Assembly: GCF_009914755.1 (NCBI RefSeq) | Contig: NC_060930.1 | Origin: the human T2T-CHM13v2.0 reference genome, Homo sapiens | Length of the DNA stretch: 64,000 bases | Reading direction: 5' to 3' (one strand) | Shown here: one piece after another, positions 61,640 to 64,000 of the stretch | Position numbering within the stretch: the stretch's first letter is position 1 | Layout: each line of letters starts with the position of its first letter | Made by a program: the position numbers and the translations under genes | The notes under the pieces: generated by a model | The model's input: only the letters and a program-made list of their open reading frames with translations | Told to the model about the DNA's origin: nothing | The model's database searches: none

Positions 61640-62630
61640 CCTCTCATCTCTTCCGTTCTTTCCTCAGCCTTAGTGAAGGGTGTCCCATTCACCCATTTAT
61701 CCACACCATGAGCCATACTGTGGATCATCCACTCAGCCACCAACTCCTGCAGGTGCTGCCTCTTTCCAATTTTACAGCCACTGCCTTCATTCAGAATCTA
61801 AATATTTCTGCCCTTGATTTCTGAACTGCCTCTGCAGTTAGTCTTCTGCTGCCCTCTCCTCATTCCTTTCATCTGTCATTCCTGCTTAATACTCTCCTAG
61901 GGCTCTCCATCGTGTCCAGTATAAAATCGTACTGAAACTTGTAATCAGGAAGACATCCCCTTTGTAATCAGATCTCCATCACCAGTCCAACTTGGTCTTT
62001 GACCTCTTCTCACTGACATTTTATGCTCCTGTCATGCTGGACTCTGCAGTTGCTGGGCAGTGTACCCGCATGCTTTCCTGCAGGCTATCCCATCTGACTC
62101 TCTTCTCCTAAACCTCACCATATTTGCATGGGTAACATGTCCTCACCTTTTAAGAATTTCCTGAAGCTCTCCCTGACATCCTGATTCCTGAACAACCACC
62201 CCTTTGTGCTCACAAAGGTCTTTGTAGTTACATTATTTATCATACAGTGTTTCCACTGAAAGTTTAAGTGCCTGTTCCCCATCGTGGCTCCTGAGTAGCT
62301 ATGCAGAGGGCGTAGGGGAAGCAATCTGGTGAAACTGGGCCAAGGAGACTTGTCTCTAAGCTACATTGGCAGAGCAATGTTTTACTTAGATTATATCTAT
62401 TTAAGATGGATTTAGGGAGGCTCAGGGAGATTATTGGAGAGAGGGGAAATATGAGAGACCCTAAGCACCTCTTGGCAGCACTGCTGTGTTTCCTCTACTG
62501 TGGAGTGAGCTCCTGGAAAACAGGGACTCTGTCTGTCATCTGTGTGTTTCCTGAGCACCACATAGTGTGTGCCAGATAGATTGTATGCCTGCTACATAGT
62601 AGGCTCTTAATAAATAAGAAGTGAATTGAG
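61640..62630 (+). mobile_element. L2 LINE fragments
   Basis: CT-rich L2 body; 3' end TGAGCTCCTGGAAAACAGGGACTCTGTC...ACATAGTAGGCTCTTAATAAATA...GTGAATTGA. Confidence 0.6.
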
Positions 62631-63599
62631 GATTCTAGATGCTATTCATCTTCCCATATTAAATTGCTTTCAAAATGTAAATCCTCTGTGGCACTGAAGT
62701 CTATTTAAAATATGCTCTTCTGCCAAATAAAATGTCTCCTCCAGGTGATTTGAGGAAGACATGTGGGCTCAAATAAGATTAAACCAAACCATTGTCATGT
62801 ACATGTAAATATTGCATGAGTAACTAGTCTTACATTTTCTTCACTAATGGGGATTTATTCTAAGGAACTTTTTTGTTCAGTATTTTCTGATGAAGGAATA
62901 GTCAGAAATATCAAAATCCTTCTTACTCCATTTTAGGCTGCCATTTTTTTCCTAAGAGCTGTTATACATTGAGCATACCTAAATTGCCTTTCTGAAATAC
63001 AGGAACACACTGTATTGTCAGTAAAATGGTCTGTGTTGATTAGTTTGTCTTTGGGGTGTACTTGATTCATCAGATGATGGAGATCCTGCTGGCGTTTCAT
63101 GCAACCTGCTATGGTATGTGGGCTTTATTGGCTTCCCAGCAGCGACACTGACACAAATTGTCAGATTTTATGGGCAGTTTTAAACCTAATGAAATACATC
63201 CTTGAGAAGCTTCCTTCACCATTTTAGTAGCTGTACAATTTGAAAGAAAAAAGTCAATGTACACCACACAGGGTAGTTCACTATTGAAATCATGGAGGAC
63301 AATGACAACACGCTTATTTTGCTCTTGAACATGCTGTCATTAACTGCACAATGGGATACTGATGCTGCCTCAGAGGCTGGTATTAATCTTTGTGCCAAAC
63401 CTTGCAGAAACTCTGTGTGCATTTACTGACGTAAGCATTGCTCTCCATCTCTTTGATCTTAAGATTACTCCTTTGGGGATAGAAGGTAATATAAGGCTGC
63501 TGAACTTAAAAAAAAAATGCTCAAAGTGAGTGAAGGTAAGAGATGTTCATTTTCTTCCAGTACTGAAAATTAAGAGTACAGACCCACATGCTATTATAC

Positions 63600-63775
63600 A
63601 AGAGAAAGTAGTCCTATGACTGCTGGATAATTTACATACATTATCTAATTTATCATAACCCTGGGAGAGTGGAAATATTGCTATTCTTATTTTACTAGTG
63701 AGAGACTAAGTGATTTGCTGGTTTTTGATCCCGGGTCTACATGAATACAAAGCTACATCTTTAATTAGTTCTCTA
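63600..63775 (-). mobile_element. MIR SINE fragment
   Basis: TTTACATACATTATCTAATTTATCATAACCCTGGGAG...TTCTTATTTTACTAGTGAG...AAGTGATTTGC. Confidence 0.55.
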
Positions 63776-64000
63776 TAGGGTCTCAAAGCAGTCATTTTAC
63801 TAAATTTTTGATCTTTATTAAACATAGATGCAAAAGTAATAATAATATTTCCACAAATAAAGGGATGTTAACCAAAATTAACGTTCAAGAATCCTTTCAG
63901 TGTTTCTCTACCTCTTTAAATATTCCAGAAATGGTGATACAGTCAGGAGCAATATATTGCCAGGAACTTTGGCAGGACGAGAGATTACTTTTTGGATAGA

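Overview
Human (hominid) AT-rich intergenic or deep-intronic DNA dominated by interspersed repeats: Alu J/S/Y, MIR, L2, old L1M, MaLR/ERVL solo LTRs, and Tigger/hAT relics. I found no recognisable host protein-coding exon, RNA gene or CRISPR array. The main feature is a full-length L1HS-Ta retrotransposon at 53578-59619 (+), with intact ORF1 (338 aa) and ORF2 (1275 aa), a 15-bp TSD and a poly(A) tail. Two things about it are unusual. (1) It carries young Ta-1d alleles almost throughout, but at the Ta-1-defining site (59109/59112) it has the older G/C state plus a non-consensus A>G (ORF2 I1179M). That stretch is identical over 132 bp to an inverted L1PA3 fragment about 21 kb away (38207-38338), which suggests local non-crossover gene conversion between inverted L1s. 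(2) A 1-bp insertion removes the stop codon of the antisense ORF0, extending it from 71 to 114 aa. Repeat subfamily names and L1 reference alleles are recalled from memory and need RepeatMasker/alignment confirmation; boundaries of old repeats are approximate.
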